A stretch of 64,000 nt of DNA, from assembly GCA_017650925.1 (NCBI GenBank), contig JAGCDY010000085.1, positions 174 through 64,173 on the forward strand. The letters run 5' to 3'. This stretch comes from a bacterium. Its GTDB lineage: Bacteria; Auribacterota; UBA3054. The first letter of the stretch is position 1; each line of letters starts with the position of its first letter. Of this stretch, positions 1-10,400 are shown in pieces. The notes beneath the pieces are model-generated. The model ran no database searches. It was not told the DNA's origin and saw only the letters and a program-made list of their open reading frames with translations. Both the position numbers and the translations under genes were made by a program.

Positions 1-1658
1 TAGGCGGGGAAAGGACCACTGTCACAATAAGGTTTCTGGCGGGCAAAAGAGCGCATTTGGCGATCAACGGCAACTTCGATCTTTTCGAGGGCGACGCTTT
101 GAAGCTGAACAATTTCGGCTCCCGCGGATGCGACAGTTACCGCTGGCTTCTGGACGGCGAATTTATAAGCGGGGCGGGAGCGGCGGTCTATCAGGACGGC
201 TTGGAAAGCGGCGAGCATTCCGTGGTTCTGGAAGGGTACAATGTCAAAGGGGAACTGGCCGCCTCCGTCACGAACAATTTTTATGTCTCGCCCTATATGC
301 CCTCCGTTTATCTCACTGAATTCAACAAGATGGCCAGCAGCGTGACCGTCTGGCCGAGAATGGCGTCCTTCAGGGATGGCATGCTGATCCGCTTCGACTG
401 GGGTGAGGGCGCCGGCTATACGACCTGGCAGGAACTCAGAGAGGATTCCAAATTCACGCATGAATTCGCCCATACCGGAGACCACTATGTGAAATGCGAG
501 GTGAGCCTGGGAGAACTCAGGGGACACGCTTCCTTGTTGTTCAGGCCCGACCGTGAGCTCTATTACCAGGCCAGGATAAAGGAAAATTACTCCGACGAGA
601 TCACGGTCTCCGCCGGCGAATGCGTGACGCTGCTGGGCGAGGCCGGCGCGCGCAATTTCTGGCGCGAGGATCCCATGAATCCTGAGATTGGCCTTGTGGA
701 AGACCCGCTCGCCGAGGAAACTGTCTGCGGCCCCTTCGCGAAACCGGGGACCTACGGCTTCATCTATTACCGGGCGGACGACGAAGCGGTCTCCGCTCCG
801 CAGCTTTTGAAAGTCATGGTCGAGCCCTCCGAGGTGACGTTCAGCTCTTTCGAACTGAACGGCATGGTCATCACCAATACCATTTACGGCGAAGGCCCCC
901 TGGGCGGCTGCGCCGTCGGCGTGAGGGCTGGCAGCGAGCTCTATTTCATCACCAACAGAGCGGACGGCGCTTTCGTTTTCCCGACATTCCAGGGCAACGG
1001 TACGGGCATCCTGACCCTTAACATCATGCATCCTGAACATGACGGCATCATGACGAACGTTTTCCTGAACTCGGGAGCCGTCTTCCAAATGAGGAAAAAG
1101 AGCGGCACGGGCTACGTCTACTTCAACTGCACCGGAGAACGCTCGGCGCTGCCTCTGGAAGGCGTAAATATTAAGATCGCCGGTCTGGAGGGCAGGACCA
1201 ACGGGAAAGGCCGCTCCGCCGCGTTCACGCTGCCCTACGGCGAATACCTGGCGGAACTGACTTACCCTGGCATGGAACCGGTCGTGACGAACGTCCTGTC
1301 CTTCAGTCAGACGACGACCTGCAACGTTGTCATGCGAGGCAGGCAGTATGTCTTGAGCGGCATGCTCTACGGGACAGGCGGCGAGATCGTGACCAACGGT
1401 CAGATCCAGGTGCTCAACAGGGAGACCATGAACATCGCCAAACGTTACAACCTGGAAGGCCTGCCCTTCTTCGACGTCGTATTGGGCGGAACGGCGACCA
1501 CGCTGCGTTTCAGGCCTGAGGGCTACGACAACCTTAACATGGACATCGCGCTGAAGAACAACGACGCGGAAGATTTCGTTCTGACTCCGGAACCGCTTTT
1601 CATAACGCCTCTCATTTTCCTGCTTCTCTTGAAACTACATCACAAGGATAGATCATGA
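1..1658 (+). CDS. C-terminal ~550 aa of a giant PEP-CTERM surface protein (third paralogue of the 1545/1550-aa proteins); 5' end lies outside the window
   Basis: This frame is open from nt 3, so the TTG at 57 in the ORF track is not the true start. Residues before it (TVTIRF..) still align with HSVTLRV.. of the 1655..6292 protein. The product aligns by eye with the last third of both full-length paralogues (YRWLLDGE; RFDWGEGAGYTTWQE PKD-like block; YGTGGEIVTNGQIQVLN; DFVLTPEP). Its TGA overlaps the next ATG (ATGA at 1655-1658). Confidence 0.85.
   Translation, partial: GGERTTVTIRFLAGKRAHLAINGNFDLFEGDALKLNNFGSRGCDSYRWLLDGEFISGAGAAVYQDGLESGEHSVVLEGYNVKGELAASVTNNFYVSPYMPSVYLTEFNKMASSVTVWPRMASFRDGMLIRFDWGEGAGYTTWQELREDSKFTHEFAHTGDHYVKCEVSLGELRGHASLLFRPDRELYYQARIKENYSDEITVSAGECVTLLGEAGARNFWREDPMNPEIGLVEDPLAEETVCGPFAKPGTYGFIYYRADDEAVSAPQLLKVMVEPSEVTFSSFELNGMVITNTIYGEGPLGGCAVGVRAGSELYFITNRADGAFVFPTFQGNGTGILTLNIMHPEHDGIMTNVFLNSGAVFQMRKKSGTGYVYFNCTGERSALPLEGVNIKIAGLEGRTNGKGRSAAFTLPYGEYLAELTYPGMEPVVTNVLSFSQTTTCNVVMRGRQYVLSGMLYGTGGEIVTNGQIQVLNRETMNIAKRYNLEGLPFFDVVLGGTATTLRFRPEGYDNLNMDIALKNNDAEDFVLTPEPLFITPLIFLLLLKLHHKDRS
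1578..1655 (+). other. PEP-CTERM-type sorting signal (VLTPEP + hydrophobic helix + basic tail)
   Basis: The C-terminal 26 aa are VLTPEPLFITPLIFLLLLKLHHKDRS. This gives a P-E-P motif, a helix of about 14 hydrophobic residues, then K/H/R residues right at the stop codon. Confidence 0.7.
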
Positions 1659-4600
1659 AAAAACTTTGTCTGCTTGTCTTACTGACGACCGTTTCTCTTT
1701 TCGCCACTCCGCCTGAAAAAGAGAAAGAACTTTTGGTGGTGGACTTCGAGTCCGCCAGCGCCTCTAAGATCATGGGCACCGACGTGACGAAACTCCAGGA
1801 CCCGGATTTTCCCGAACAGGTCAAAGCCCTGAAGTATCTTGACAAGATCATCTTCAAGACCGCCGAGGGCATCTTCACCGGCACGGTGGGCGTGGCTTAC
1901 CGCGACGTCAACATGGTGGAAGTGAGAGCGGGCTATTTTCAGCCCCGCAACAACGGCTACAGGGAGATCTTCCACTTCACCTATGACCAGGACGCCCTGG
2001 TGGGCTGGATGGAATACACCTACGCGGCCAAGGAATACAACATCCTCTACACCAAGGCCAGCGGGAAACTGACGGCCTACAGCGAGGAGAGCCGCATGAA
2101 GCATTTCCGCTGCGGCAACGAGGACGGCGCGGCGCTAAGCGAGATGTCGGAAGAGCAGAAGGCTGAGATCCATGCCAACGCTTCCATCCCGCAGCCGGCC
2201 ACCTTCTACACCAACATCTGGGAAGTGCCGGAATACGTGACGCAGAATTACCTCATCTGCTACACCAAGGACGCCTACGAGTATTCCAAAAGGAAAGGCG
2301 GCATCAACCACCTCATGGCGCACGGCATCGTCCATGGCACGCTGCTTCTTAGTAACAGCAACATCAAAGCCTGCCTGAGGCTGGGTCACTCACAGCTGCT
2401 CGAGGATTACCCTGACAATCACAATTCCAGCAAGAGCCTCGGCGACTTCAACGGCTACAAGAACGGCTGCCAGGACGCTTACGACATGCGCTGCCGCTAC
2501 GGATGCGACATGGGAAGTATAGGCATCAAGCACGCCACCTACACCGGCCTTGCCAACGTCAACTTTTCCCAGACAGGCTCCGAATCCATTCCCTTCAACT
2601 GCATGGACTCTGACTTTTTGGGCGGCACAGGCTGGTGCCACGAGGACGGCCACACCATGGGCGGCCGCCACTATATCGACACCTACGCGGAAAACAACAG
2701 GAACAGTCTTTTCGACCACAGCTTCGGCTGCCACAACACGCCTCCTGGGGCGCCCAGGGAATACGGCTCAGTCATGGCCCGCTCCGCCGGTCTTTTCAAC
2801 TACTATTCCTCCACCAACATTTACTACGACGGCGTGCCCATTTCCACTAACGCCAAATGTCGCGTGGCCGACACCTGGACGAAGATTAGGCGCTACGCCG
2901 CCAGATACCGCTGCAATCCCGTCATTCCCGACGTGGACGGACTGATCTGCAATGAAGAGTTCGAATATCCCGACGGCATGGGCCTTATGTGGCAGGAGGG
3001 CGGCGAAGGTTTCTGCACGCCCTGGGAACACTGCAACACAAATATTTTCCAGACCGTTTCCGATACTATGGAAAGGCCGGGCTTTCACAGAGGCGGAGTG
3101 CTGAGGATCAATAACGTCAACGCCGGCTCCGAATCGATCAGACGCTTTATTTTCTGGGGCCGCAACATCAACGGCGACTATCACTACAGCAGGACGAACT
3201 TCTGGCTGAGGAGCACCCTGAACATAAAGAACGAGAATTTGTTCTACATTTATTTGGGCAGTTTACCCATTCGATTCGGCGATGGCAGGATCAGGATCAT
3301 AAACGGAAACACCGGCTTGACGTATGAATACGACAAGACTTTCAGCGTTCTGGTTCACTTTGAAATGGGCCCTCAGGACACTACGGTCAGCATTTGGAAA
3401 GATTTTGAGGGAGAAAGCGCCCCCGATCCTTCCAGCGCCGCCTTTACTCTGGAAGTCAGCAACACCACTTATTTCGGCAACTACCGTTATCTCACGCTTT
3501 ATTCCATGAACAACTTCCAGGGCGAACTGGATGATCTGAGGATGGGCTTCACTTATGAATCGCTTGATCCTCCCGAGCGGCCTATGGGCTTCCAGATCGT
3601 TCCCGGCGGCTACACCAACGACTTCATCAGGATGGTCTGGCGCAACGTCACCGAACCCGAAAGTTTCGAGATCTTGAGATCAACGGTCAACGATCTCGAT
3701 ACGGCGGTCTCCGTAGCCACCCTGGAAGGCGGCACGGCAGGCTTTAAGGACACGCATGTGGACGGCGGCGTAACGTATTATTACTGGCTGAAAGCCAATT
3801 ATTCCGACCACGTCTTCACGACGCTCGTGAGGAAAGGCATCGTGGGAATCCCTGTCGACACGGTGGAAGCCAACGGCGAATACACGATCGGCCAGGGACA
3901 GGTGGCGCACCTCACCGCCAAAGGCACCACGGGCTATCTGCCAATGATCCGCTGGACGGTCGGAGAATTCGACACGGTCTTTTTGACCAACCATTACGAT
4001 TACGCCTTCAACGAAAGGATCATCATGACGCCGGGCGATTACCCGGTGAAGATCGAAGTGACGGAGCAGGAAGTCCAGACCGACATTCTCGAAGACACCA
4101 CGGTGCTGCACGTCACCAACAGCTATCCGCACGTGACCTTCGAACTGCAGACCGAAGATCCCATGGCTGGCAAGCCTTTGATCTTCAGGGCCTATCCCAC
4201 CGACCCCGGCACCAACGACATCTTGACCGTCAGATGGCGCTTCTCGTCCGATGCGGAATGGACCCCCTTTACCAACAGCTACTACGCGGCGCACATTTTC
4301 CCGGAGGAGGGAAGATATACCGTCGAGTGCGAAGTTATGGATAACTACGGCGCCACCACCGTGACCAGCAAGGAGTTCGTTTTTGGCGCCGCTTCGGCCA
4401 TCCCGGTGATCCCGGCGGTCCTTGCCATGGACAACGGACATTCCGCCGTGCTGCTTCTTTCTAACGACGGCTCCGCGCCCTACGATTTCGTAATCGACAC
4501 CACCTCCAGAATGCTCACCGCTTATCCCTCTAGCGGCACGGTTCCCGGCGAAGCCGGCGGCGTCACACCGGTCATTATCAAGCTCCAGCACCAGACCACG

Positions 4601-6292
4601 GGCGGCACGGCTGGCAACTACACCATCAAGGTCATAGTTGGGGAAAACATCCACTCCGTGACTTTGAGAGTGCCTTATTCCGAATGCCAGTTGGCCATCC
4701 AGTCTCCTGACATGGTGAAGAACAAAGATTACGCTCTCTTCTCAGCCTTGGGCAGCCAGGACGATTACAATTACCGCTGGTTAGTTGACGGCGAGGACGT
4801 GAGCGGCATCCTGCGCGGCCTCCTCTGGAGAGGAACGCTCGTAAGGACGCCCGGCGACCACAGCCTTGTGCTGCAGGCTCTCAAAGATGACGAGACGGTG
4901 GTCAAGACCGTGACCAACACCCTTTACATCGCCTCCCGGGATCCGGAAGTTTATCTCGAGGAAGTCAAGCGCGAGGATCTCACCGTCACTTACTGCCCGG
5001 TCGTGATCGTCAACGGCAGGGAAGAGGCTAACGTCCGCTACAACTGGGACGACGGCAACGGCTGGACCGTCTGGCAGGAACCCAAAGAGATCTCCCACAC
5101 CTTCGCGAAAGGCCGGACCTATCTCGTCCAGTGCCAGGTCAGGGTCGGCCAGCAGAACAACGCCACCTCTACCAAGTTCGATCCGGAAACGGCCCTCACG
5201 CTTTCGGCCTCCTTCGAAAACGGCAAAAAGGACTTCTCCTGTCAGGTGGGCAAAACAGTTACCATGAACATCGCGAGCTTCAGCGGAACGGGGAGCGTTT
5301 GGCGGGAAGCCATCTCCAATCCTGAACTGGAACTCATAGCTGACGCTTCCGCGCAGAGCGTGGAAGTGACGCCCACCGTTCCCGGAGAATACGTTTTCCT
5401 GGCCTACACTCAGAACGACAGTGCCATTGGCGCTCCGGAAGTTTTGATCCTTAACGTCGAGGAAGACTTCGAGGATATTGCCCACGGCTGCGTGGCCGGC
5501 GTCATAGTCACCAACACTGTCTACGGCAGCGGCGTCTGCGCCGACTGCGTGGTCAGGGTGACCGGCAAGGATTTCGAGCTTTCTGTCTCCAACCGCTTCG
5601 ACGGCTCCTTCATCTTAGAAGGCCTGCCCATGGGCCCCTTGACGCTGAACGTCAGCGGCGACATACTGCGGGGCAGGATCGTGGAAGTTGCTCTCACGAA
5701 CGGCGCCTCCACCCTGAATGTTCCCGTGGAAATAGCGGACGCCAACACCATCTTCTACGCGCAGCTGAACGACAAGCGCTCTAACCTGCCCATCCAGGGC
5801 GCGGAGGTGAGGGCCGGGTCGAAGCTGGGAACGACGACCAATAAGGGCCGTTCCACCGCCCTGACCATGCCGGAAGGCGAATACGTTCTCGTCTGCGACG
5901 TGCCATACCGCGGGCTCATAATAACCAACGTCTATCCCGTTGGCAACTCCAAGACGTACAATCTTCTCAGCGACGGCTACTCTCCCTCCATCCACGGCTT
6001 CCTCTACGGCACGGGCGGCGAGACCGTGAAGCAGGGCGTCATCCAGGTCCTTTCCACCCTGACCATGAACATCGTTCAGAGATATGCCGTTTCTGGCGTG
6101 CCTTATTACAGCATCGGTCTCCTTGACGACCACGAGGTCACGCTGCGCTACCGCCTGGAGGATTACGACAACGAGAACTTCACCTTCACGCCGAAAGGCT
6201 GTCTCGACAGGGACGTCGTGCTGACGCCCGAACCGGGTATCGCGGCGCTGCTCGCTCTGCTGCTCTTCCTTATGGGGAGAAAGAGAGGATAA
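1655..6292 (+). CDS. Giant (1545 aa) secreted multidomain protein: reprolysin-like metzincin domain + LamG-like + FN3 + PKD/Ig-like repeats + carboxypeptidase-regulatory-like repeats + PEP-CTERM anchor
   Basis: Signal peptide MKKLCLLVLLTTVSLFA. Approximate domains by residue number: reprolysin-like block at aa 185-420 (YLICYTKDAYEY..GGINHLMAHGIV..SNSNIKACLRL, MRCRYGCDMGSI, HEDGHTMGGRH); LamG-like jelly-roll at aa 430-637, ending ELDDLRMGFTYESL; FN3-like at aa 643-730 (..GVTYYYWLKA); PKD-like blocks (TVRWRFSSDAEWTPF..GRYTVECEVMDNYGATT; VRYNWDDGNGWTVWQE); three CarboxypepD_reg-like sandwiches at aa 1278-1515; PEP-CTERM tail. Confidence 0.85.
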   Translation: MKKLCLLVLLTTVSLFATPPEKEKELLVVDFESASASKIMGTDVTKLQDPDFPEQVKALKYLDKIIFKTAEGIFTGTVGVAYRDVNMVEVRAGYFQPRNNGYREIFHFTYDQDALVGWMEYTYAAKEYNILYTKASGKLTAYSEESRMKHFRCGNEDGAALSEMSEEQKAEIHANASIPQPATFYTNIWEVPEYVTQNYLICYTKDAYEYSKRKGGINHLMAHGIVHGTLLLSNSNIKACLRLGHSQLLEDYPDNHNSSKSLGDFNGYKNGCQDAYDMRCRYGCDMGSIGIKHATYTGLANVNFSQTGSESIPFNCMDSDFLGGTGWCHEDGHTMGGRHYIDTYAENNRNSLFDHSFGCHNTPPGAPREYGSVMARSAGLFNYYSSTNIYYDGVPISTNAKCRVADTWTKIRRYAARYRCNPVIPDVDGLICNEEFEYPDGMGLMWQEGGEGFCTPWEHCNTNIFQTVSDTMERPGFHRGGVLRINNVNAGSESIRRFIFWGRNINGDYHYSRTNFWLRSTLNIKNENLFYIYLGSLPIRFGDGRIRIINGNTGLTYEYDKTFSVLVHFEMGPQDTTVSIWKDFEGESAPDPSSAAFTLEVSNTTYFGNYRYLTLYSMNNFQGELDDLRMGFTYESLDPPERPMGFQIVPGGYTNDFIRMVWRNVTEPESFEILRSTVNDLDTAVSVATLEGGTAGFKDTHVDGGVTYYYWLKANYSDHVFTTLVRKGIVGIPVDTVEANGEYTIGQGQVAHLTAKGTTGYLPMIRWTVGEFDTVFLTNHYDYAFNERIIMTPGDYPVKIEVTEQEVQTDILEDTTVLHVTNSYPHVTFELQTEDPMAGKPLIFRAYPTDPGTNDILTVRWRFSSDAEWTPFTNSYYAAHIFPEEGRYTVECEVMDNYGATTVTSKEFVFGAASAIPVIPAVLAMDNGHSAVLLLSNDGSAPYDFVIDTTSRMLTAYPSSGTVPGEAGGVTPVIIKLQHQTTGGTAGNYTIKVIVGENIHSVTLRVPYSECQLAIQSPDMVKNKDYALFSALGSQDDYNYRWLVDGEDVSGILRGLLWRGTLVRTPGDHSLVLQALKDDETVVKTVTNTLYIASRDPEVYLEEVKREDLTVTYCPVVIVNGREEANVRYNWDDGNGWTVWQEPKEISHTFAKGRTYLVQCQVRVGQQNNATSTKFDPETALTLSASFENGKKDFSCQVGKTVTMNIASFSGTGSVWREAISNPELELIADASAQSVEVTPTVPGEYVFLAYTQNDSAIGAPEVLILNVEEDFEDIAHGCVAGVIVTNTVYGSGVCADCVVRVTGKDFELSVSNRFDGSFILEGLPMGPLTLNVSGDILRGRIVEVALTNGASTLNVPVEIADANTIFYAQLNDKRSNLPIQGAEVRAGSKLGTTTNKGRSTALTMPEGEYVLVCDVPYRGLIITNVYPVGNSKTYNLLSDGYSPSIHGFLYGTGGETVKQGVIQVLSTLTMNIVQRYAVSGVPYYSIGLLDDHEVTLRYRLEDYDNENFTFTPKGCLDRDVVLTPEPGIAALLALLLFLMGRKRG
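2639..2671 (+). other. Metzincin zinc-binding consensus HExxHxxGxxH (HEDGHTMGGRH, aa 329-339)
   Basis: Codons cac gag gac ggc cac acc atg ggc ggc cgc cac, read directly from the sequence. Confidence 0.7.
6218..6289 (+). other. PEP-CTERM-type sorting signal
   Basis: The C-terminal 24 aa are VLTPEPGIAALLALLLFLMGRKRG, immediately before the TAA stop. Confidence 0.8.
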
Positions 6293-7453
6293 ATGAGACG
6301 TCTTTGGCTGATACCGCTTGCCCTGGCGCAACTGTGCTTCGCTTCCCCGGAAAAATTAAAAACTTACGGGGAAGTGGAGCGCTATTTCCTGGACAAGGGA
6401 TCGACCAATGCTTTTTACGAAGCGATGGACGTCATGAAGTCGCGGCATCCCTTCGATTTCTCGCCGGAATACAAAAAGGCGGTGGCCGCGCATTTCGCCG
6501 AGATCACCAACATCAACGCCACTATCAAACCAAGCTTGCTTTATCGTACGCAGGCATTGTTTGCCAAGACCTTCGGCCCGAAAAAACTTTTCGCCATGGA
6601 AGCCTCCGCGCTGAAAAAGAAGCTGGACGGCAAGACGAGCTGGAAGGAGACCTACGCCCCCAAATGGCTGAAAGTCATAAAGGACGTGGAATCGCTTCCG
6701 CTGCCGGACGGCCGCCACTGCGACATCCTGCGTCAGAAAAAAGCCAACGGCAAGGCGCTGCTCTTCTGCCACGGCGGCGGCATGATCCTGCCGCCCATGC
6801 TGCAGCACTGGGATCTGGCGCGCTACCTTTTGAAGCATGGCGAAAGGGACGTCTGGTTCCCGGATTATCCCTTGCTGCCCGATACGGACATGTACCGCTC
6901 CACCACCACCTGCTATCTGACCTACAGGGAAATGCTGAAGAAGTACAAGCCGGAGGATATCGCCTTCATCGGCGACTCTGCCGGCTGCGCGCTTTGCCTG
7001 ACGGTCTGCTTCAGAGCCAGGGACAACGGCCTGCCTCTGCCCAGCCGTCTCTTCCTTTTCTCTCCCGCCCACATAGACGTTTCCGAAGAGAATTGCAAAG
7101 AGGAAATGGCCATCCTGGCGCCCGACGACATTTTGATCCCGCTCCAATTGATAGACAATCTCAACGTTTTCCTGCGTCCCGGCCCCGAGGCCGCCCACAA
7201 CGAGTGCGACCCGTACCACGGGGAAATCGAAGGCTTCCCGCCCATGGACATCTTCACCGGCAGCAAGGAAGTCTTCTCCTCCCACGCCATTCGCTTCTAC
7301 GAACTGGCGAAAAGGAAGGGGATAGACGCCACCTTGAAGATCGGCAAGGCCGTCATGCACGACTGGATCCTCATGCCGATGGGAAAAGAGAGTTTGGAAG
7401 TGAGAAGAATGATAGCCGAAAAACTTAAGAATGATAAAATAAAAAACAAATAA
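6293..7453 (+). CDS. Secreted alpha/beta-hydrolase, hormone-sensitive-lipase-like esterase/lipase family
   Basis: Signal peptide MRRLWLIPLALAQLCFA. Oxyanion-hole motif HGGG (LLFCHGGGMILP) and nucleophile elbow GDSAG (FIGDSAGCAL). The ATG directly abuts the TAA of the upstream giant gene (TAAATG). Confidence 0.8.
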   Translation: MRRLWLIPLALAQLCFASPEKLKTYGEVERYFLDKGSTNAFYEAMDVMKSRHPFDFSPEYKKAVAAHFAEITNINATIKPSLLYRTQALFAKTFGPKKLFAMEASALKKKLDGKTSWKETYAPKWLKVIKDVESLPLPDGRHCDILRQKKANGKALLFCHGGGMILPPMLQHWDLARYLLKHGERDVWFPDYPLLPDTDMYRSTTTCYLTYREMLKKYKPEDIAFIGDSAGCALCLTVCFRARDNGLPLPSRLFLFSPAHIDVSEENCKEEMAILAPDDILIPLQLIDNLNVFLRPGPEAAHNECDPYHGEIEGFPPMDIFTGSKEVFSSHAIRFYELAKRKGIDATLKIGKAVMHDWILMPMGKESLEVRRMIAEKLKNDKIKNK

Positions 7454-7470
7454 TCAATACAGGAACCATC

Positions 7471-10400
7471 ATGAAAAGAGTATTTCTGCTCAGTTTTCTT
7501 CTGGCCGTCTGCGCCTTCGCCAGCGTCCCCAAGAATGAAAAGGTCTTAACGGTCGACATGACTTGCGAGCAGCCGCCCACGCTTTCAAGCGGCTACGGCA
7601 GCGGCAACATCACGAAATTGCAGGACGAGGACCTGCCCGATCAGGTGAAAGCCCTGCAAGTGGGCGACACGCTCTTTATGAAAACGCCCGACGGCGTCTT
7701 CACCGGCCTCTGCACCGTGGCCTACCGCGACATCAACCTGGTGGAAGTCAGGGCGGGCTATTTCCAGCCCCGCAACAACGGCTACAACGAGATCTGGCGC
7801 TTCACCTACGACCAGGACCAGATGCTGGGACAGGCGGACTACACTTATCTCAACCATGAGTACGCGATACTCTACAACCATACGAAAGGTCTGATGTCGC
7901 TTCCGCCTGTCAAGAAGACATTCACCTGCGGCGGCTGCGACGGGCCTATCGACGATGTTATCGCCCGTGACGGCGTGAGGCAGGTCATGGACAAGATCGA
8001 GGCTGAGCAATATTACACCAACGACTGGCAATGCGATGAGTATGTCACCCAGCACTACATGATCGTCTACACCAAGGAAGCGGTGGACGAAGCGATGGAC
8101 CGCGGCGGCATCAACAACGTCATGGCCCAGGGCATTGTCCTGGGAACGCTCATTCTTAGCAACAGCCACGTCAGGTCCTGCTTCAACCTCGCGCACTCCC
8201 AGCTCGTCGATTATCCCAACCCTGTCGGCCAGATCTGCAATTCCAGCCTGGCCTTAAGCAGCCTGTGCAACTCTAAGAACGGCCTTGAGCAGATCGAGCA
8301 GCTGAGGGCCCGCTACGGCGCCGACATGTGCTCTATAGCCGTTCTGATGCCGACCTACACTGGTCTTGCCTACGTGTCGGGCGGCGTAGCCGGCAGCGAA
8401 AGCTCCGCCAACAACTGCATGGACGTGAACTTCGTCAACACCACCGGCTGGATCCACGAGGACGGCCACAACATGGGCGGCCAGCATTACGATGAGACCG
8501 GCACGAGCAGCGGCGGACTCTTCAAGCACAGCCACGGCTGCCACAACACACCTCCGGGCGCGCCCATGGAGTACGGCTCGGTCTTGGCCAGATCCAACGG
8601 CATCTTCAACTATTTCAGCTCCACCAATATTTTCTACGACGGAGTGCCCATCTCAACGAACCTGAAGTGCCAGGTGGCCCTGACCTGGGAGAAGACGCGC
8701 CGCTACGCCTCGCGCTACCGCTCCGTGCCTTACCACGCGGCGGGGGACATGATCCTGCATGAGAGCTTCAATTACCCAATCGGCAGCGGCTTGATGTTCA
8801 AGGAAGCCGGCTGCGGTTTCGCGAGCCCCTGGTATTCCTGCCTTTCCAACATTTTCTTCATTCAGGACAGGGATCTTGGCGACGATTCCGCCATGCACGA
8901 GGGCGGAAGCCTGAGGATCTGCAACGAGTCTTCCGAAACGGCCACCACCAGGCGTTTCATCAACTGGATGAAATATTCTCCCGCCTCTCTTGACACGCTC
9001 GCGGGAAATGACATCTGGCTCTCGGTCTGGGCCGACATGGACGAAGAGGGCGGCAGCTACGGCTATGGCGGCTTCAGGCTCGGCGGCTCCTACGAGGCCT
9101 TCACTTTCTACAAGGACGGCACGATCAACGTGTTCGATTTCGGCACGGGCATCAAGCATAACTTCGGAACGCCGGCCCATTATCTGGCCCGCTGCACGAT
9201 AACGACCAACGATGCGGGCTACGCCTATACGGACGTTTATCTGTGGGTCAACCCGGATATGAGCGAGGAACCGAAAACAAGCGACTGCGCTTTCCATAAA
9301 TACGGCTACTCTTACTGGGGCTCCAGCTTCTCCAGTCTGTATCTCTACGCGCCTTCCGGCTTCAAGATGACCTTCGACGAATTCTGCCTGGGCTATACCT
9401 TCGATTCGATCAAGAACAGAGCCGTGCCTTACAGCTTCATCTGTATGAACGGGGACGACAAGATCAGGCTGCGCTGGCGCAACACCACGAAAGGGAACGT
9501 CTCTTTGTGGCGCAACACCGTGGAAGATCTCGCCACGGCCGTGAAGGTCAGGGAAGGGGACAACACCTTCCAGGCTTACGACGACAACGACTGCGTAGCG
9601 GGCCAGACTTACTATTACTGGCTGACCGGCGATTTCCCGACTCCGGAACCCCGTAAGGGCGTCAGGGGCATCCCCGACGTCAGCGCGGAATGCAACGGCG
9701 AATACACGATCGGCCAGGGCCAGGCGGCGCATTTGTCCGCGGAAGGTAGTAAGGGCTATTTCCCGGCCGTGCGCTGGCTCGTTGGAAGCGACACGACGCT
9801 TTTCAGCACCAACTTCTATTACTACGATTACAAGGAAGACCAGATCTACTGGCCCGGCGATTATGACGTTGAAGTGAGAGTGACGGACCGCCAGTTCAGG
9901 ACCTGCATCTGCACCAACTATACGGTGCTGCACGTGACCAACGCCTATCCGCACGTCGCTATCTGGAGCGAGGCGGAAACAAGAATGGTCAACGTTCCGC
10001 AGATCTTCAGCGCCGATCCCACCGACCCCGGCATCCACGACTCCCTCGACATCCGCTGGGATTTCGGCGACGGCAGCGGCTATTCCGACTGGACGAATTA
10101 TTATTTCGCCAGGCACACCTTTGACAGAAGCGGCGATTACACCGTGAAATGCCAGGTCAGGGACAACTACGGCGCCGTGACCGAAACGACTATCACGCAT
10201 ACTATCGAAGGCGCCTCGGCCCGTCCCGTGGTGCCCTCCGAGATCACGCTGGAAAACTGCCGCAGCGGCGTATTGCTTCTCTCTAACCTTGGCTCCGTGC
10301 CCTGCGACTTTGTAATCAACAATTCCTTCGATTCCCTGAAGGTCAGGCCCAGGACCGGCACCATCAATCCCACCGCGAGCGGTTCCGTTCCGGTCGTGCT

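Noticed and set aside
57-59. The TTG offered by the ORF track as the start of the first ORF.
   Set aside because: The frame is open to the window edge. The upstream residues still align with the paralogues, so the gene is 5'-truncated rather than starting here.
6304-7428. A 374-aa alternative-frame ORF and a 334-aa antisense ORF overlapping the esterase gene.
   Set aside because: Only the 6293..7453 frame has a signal peptide and the HGGG/GDSAG catalytic motifs. The others are Arg/Pro/Gly-rich artefacts.
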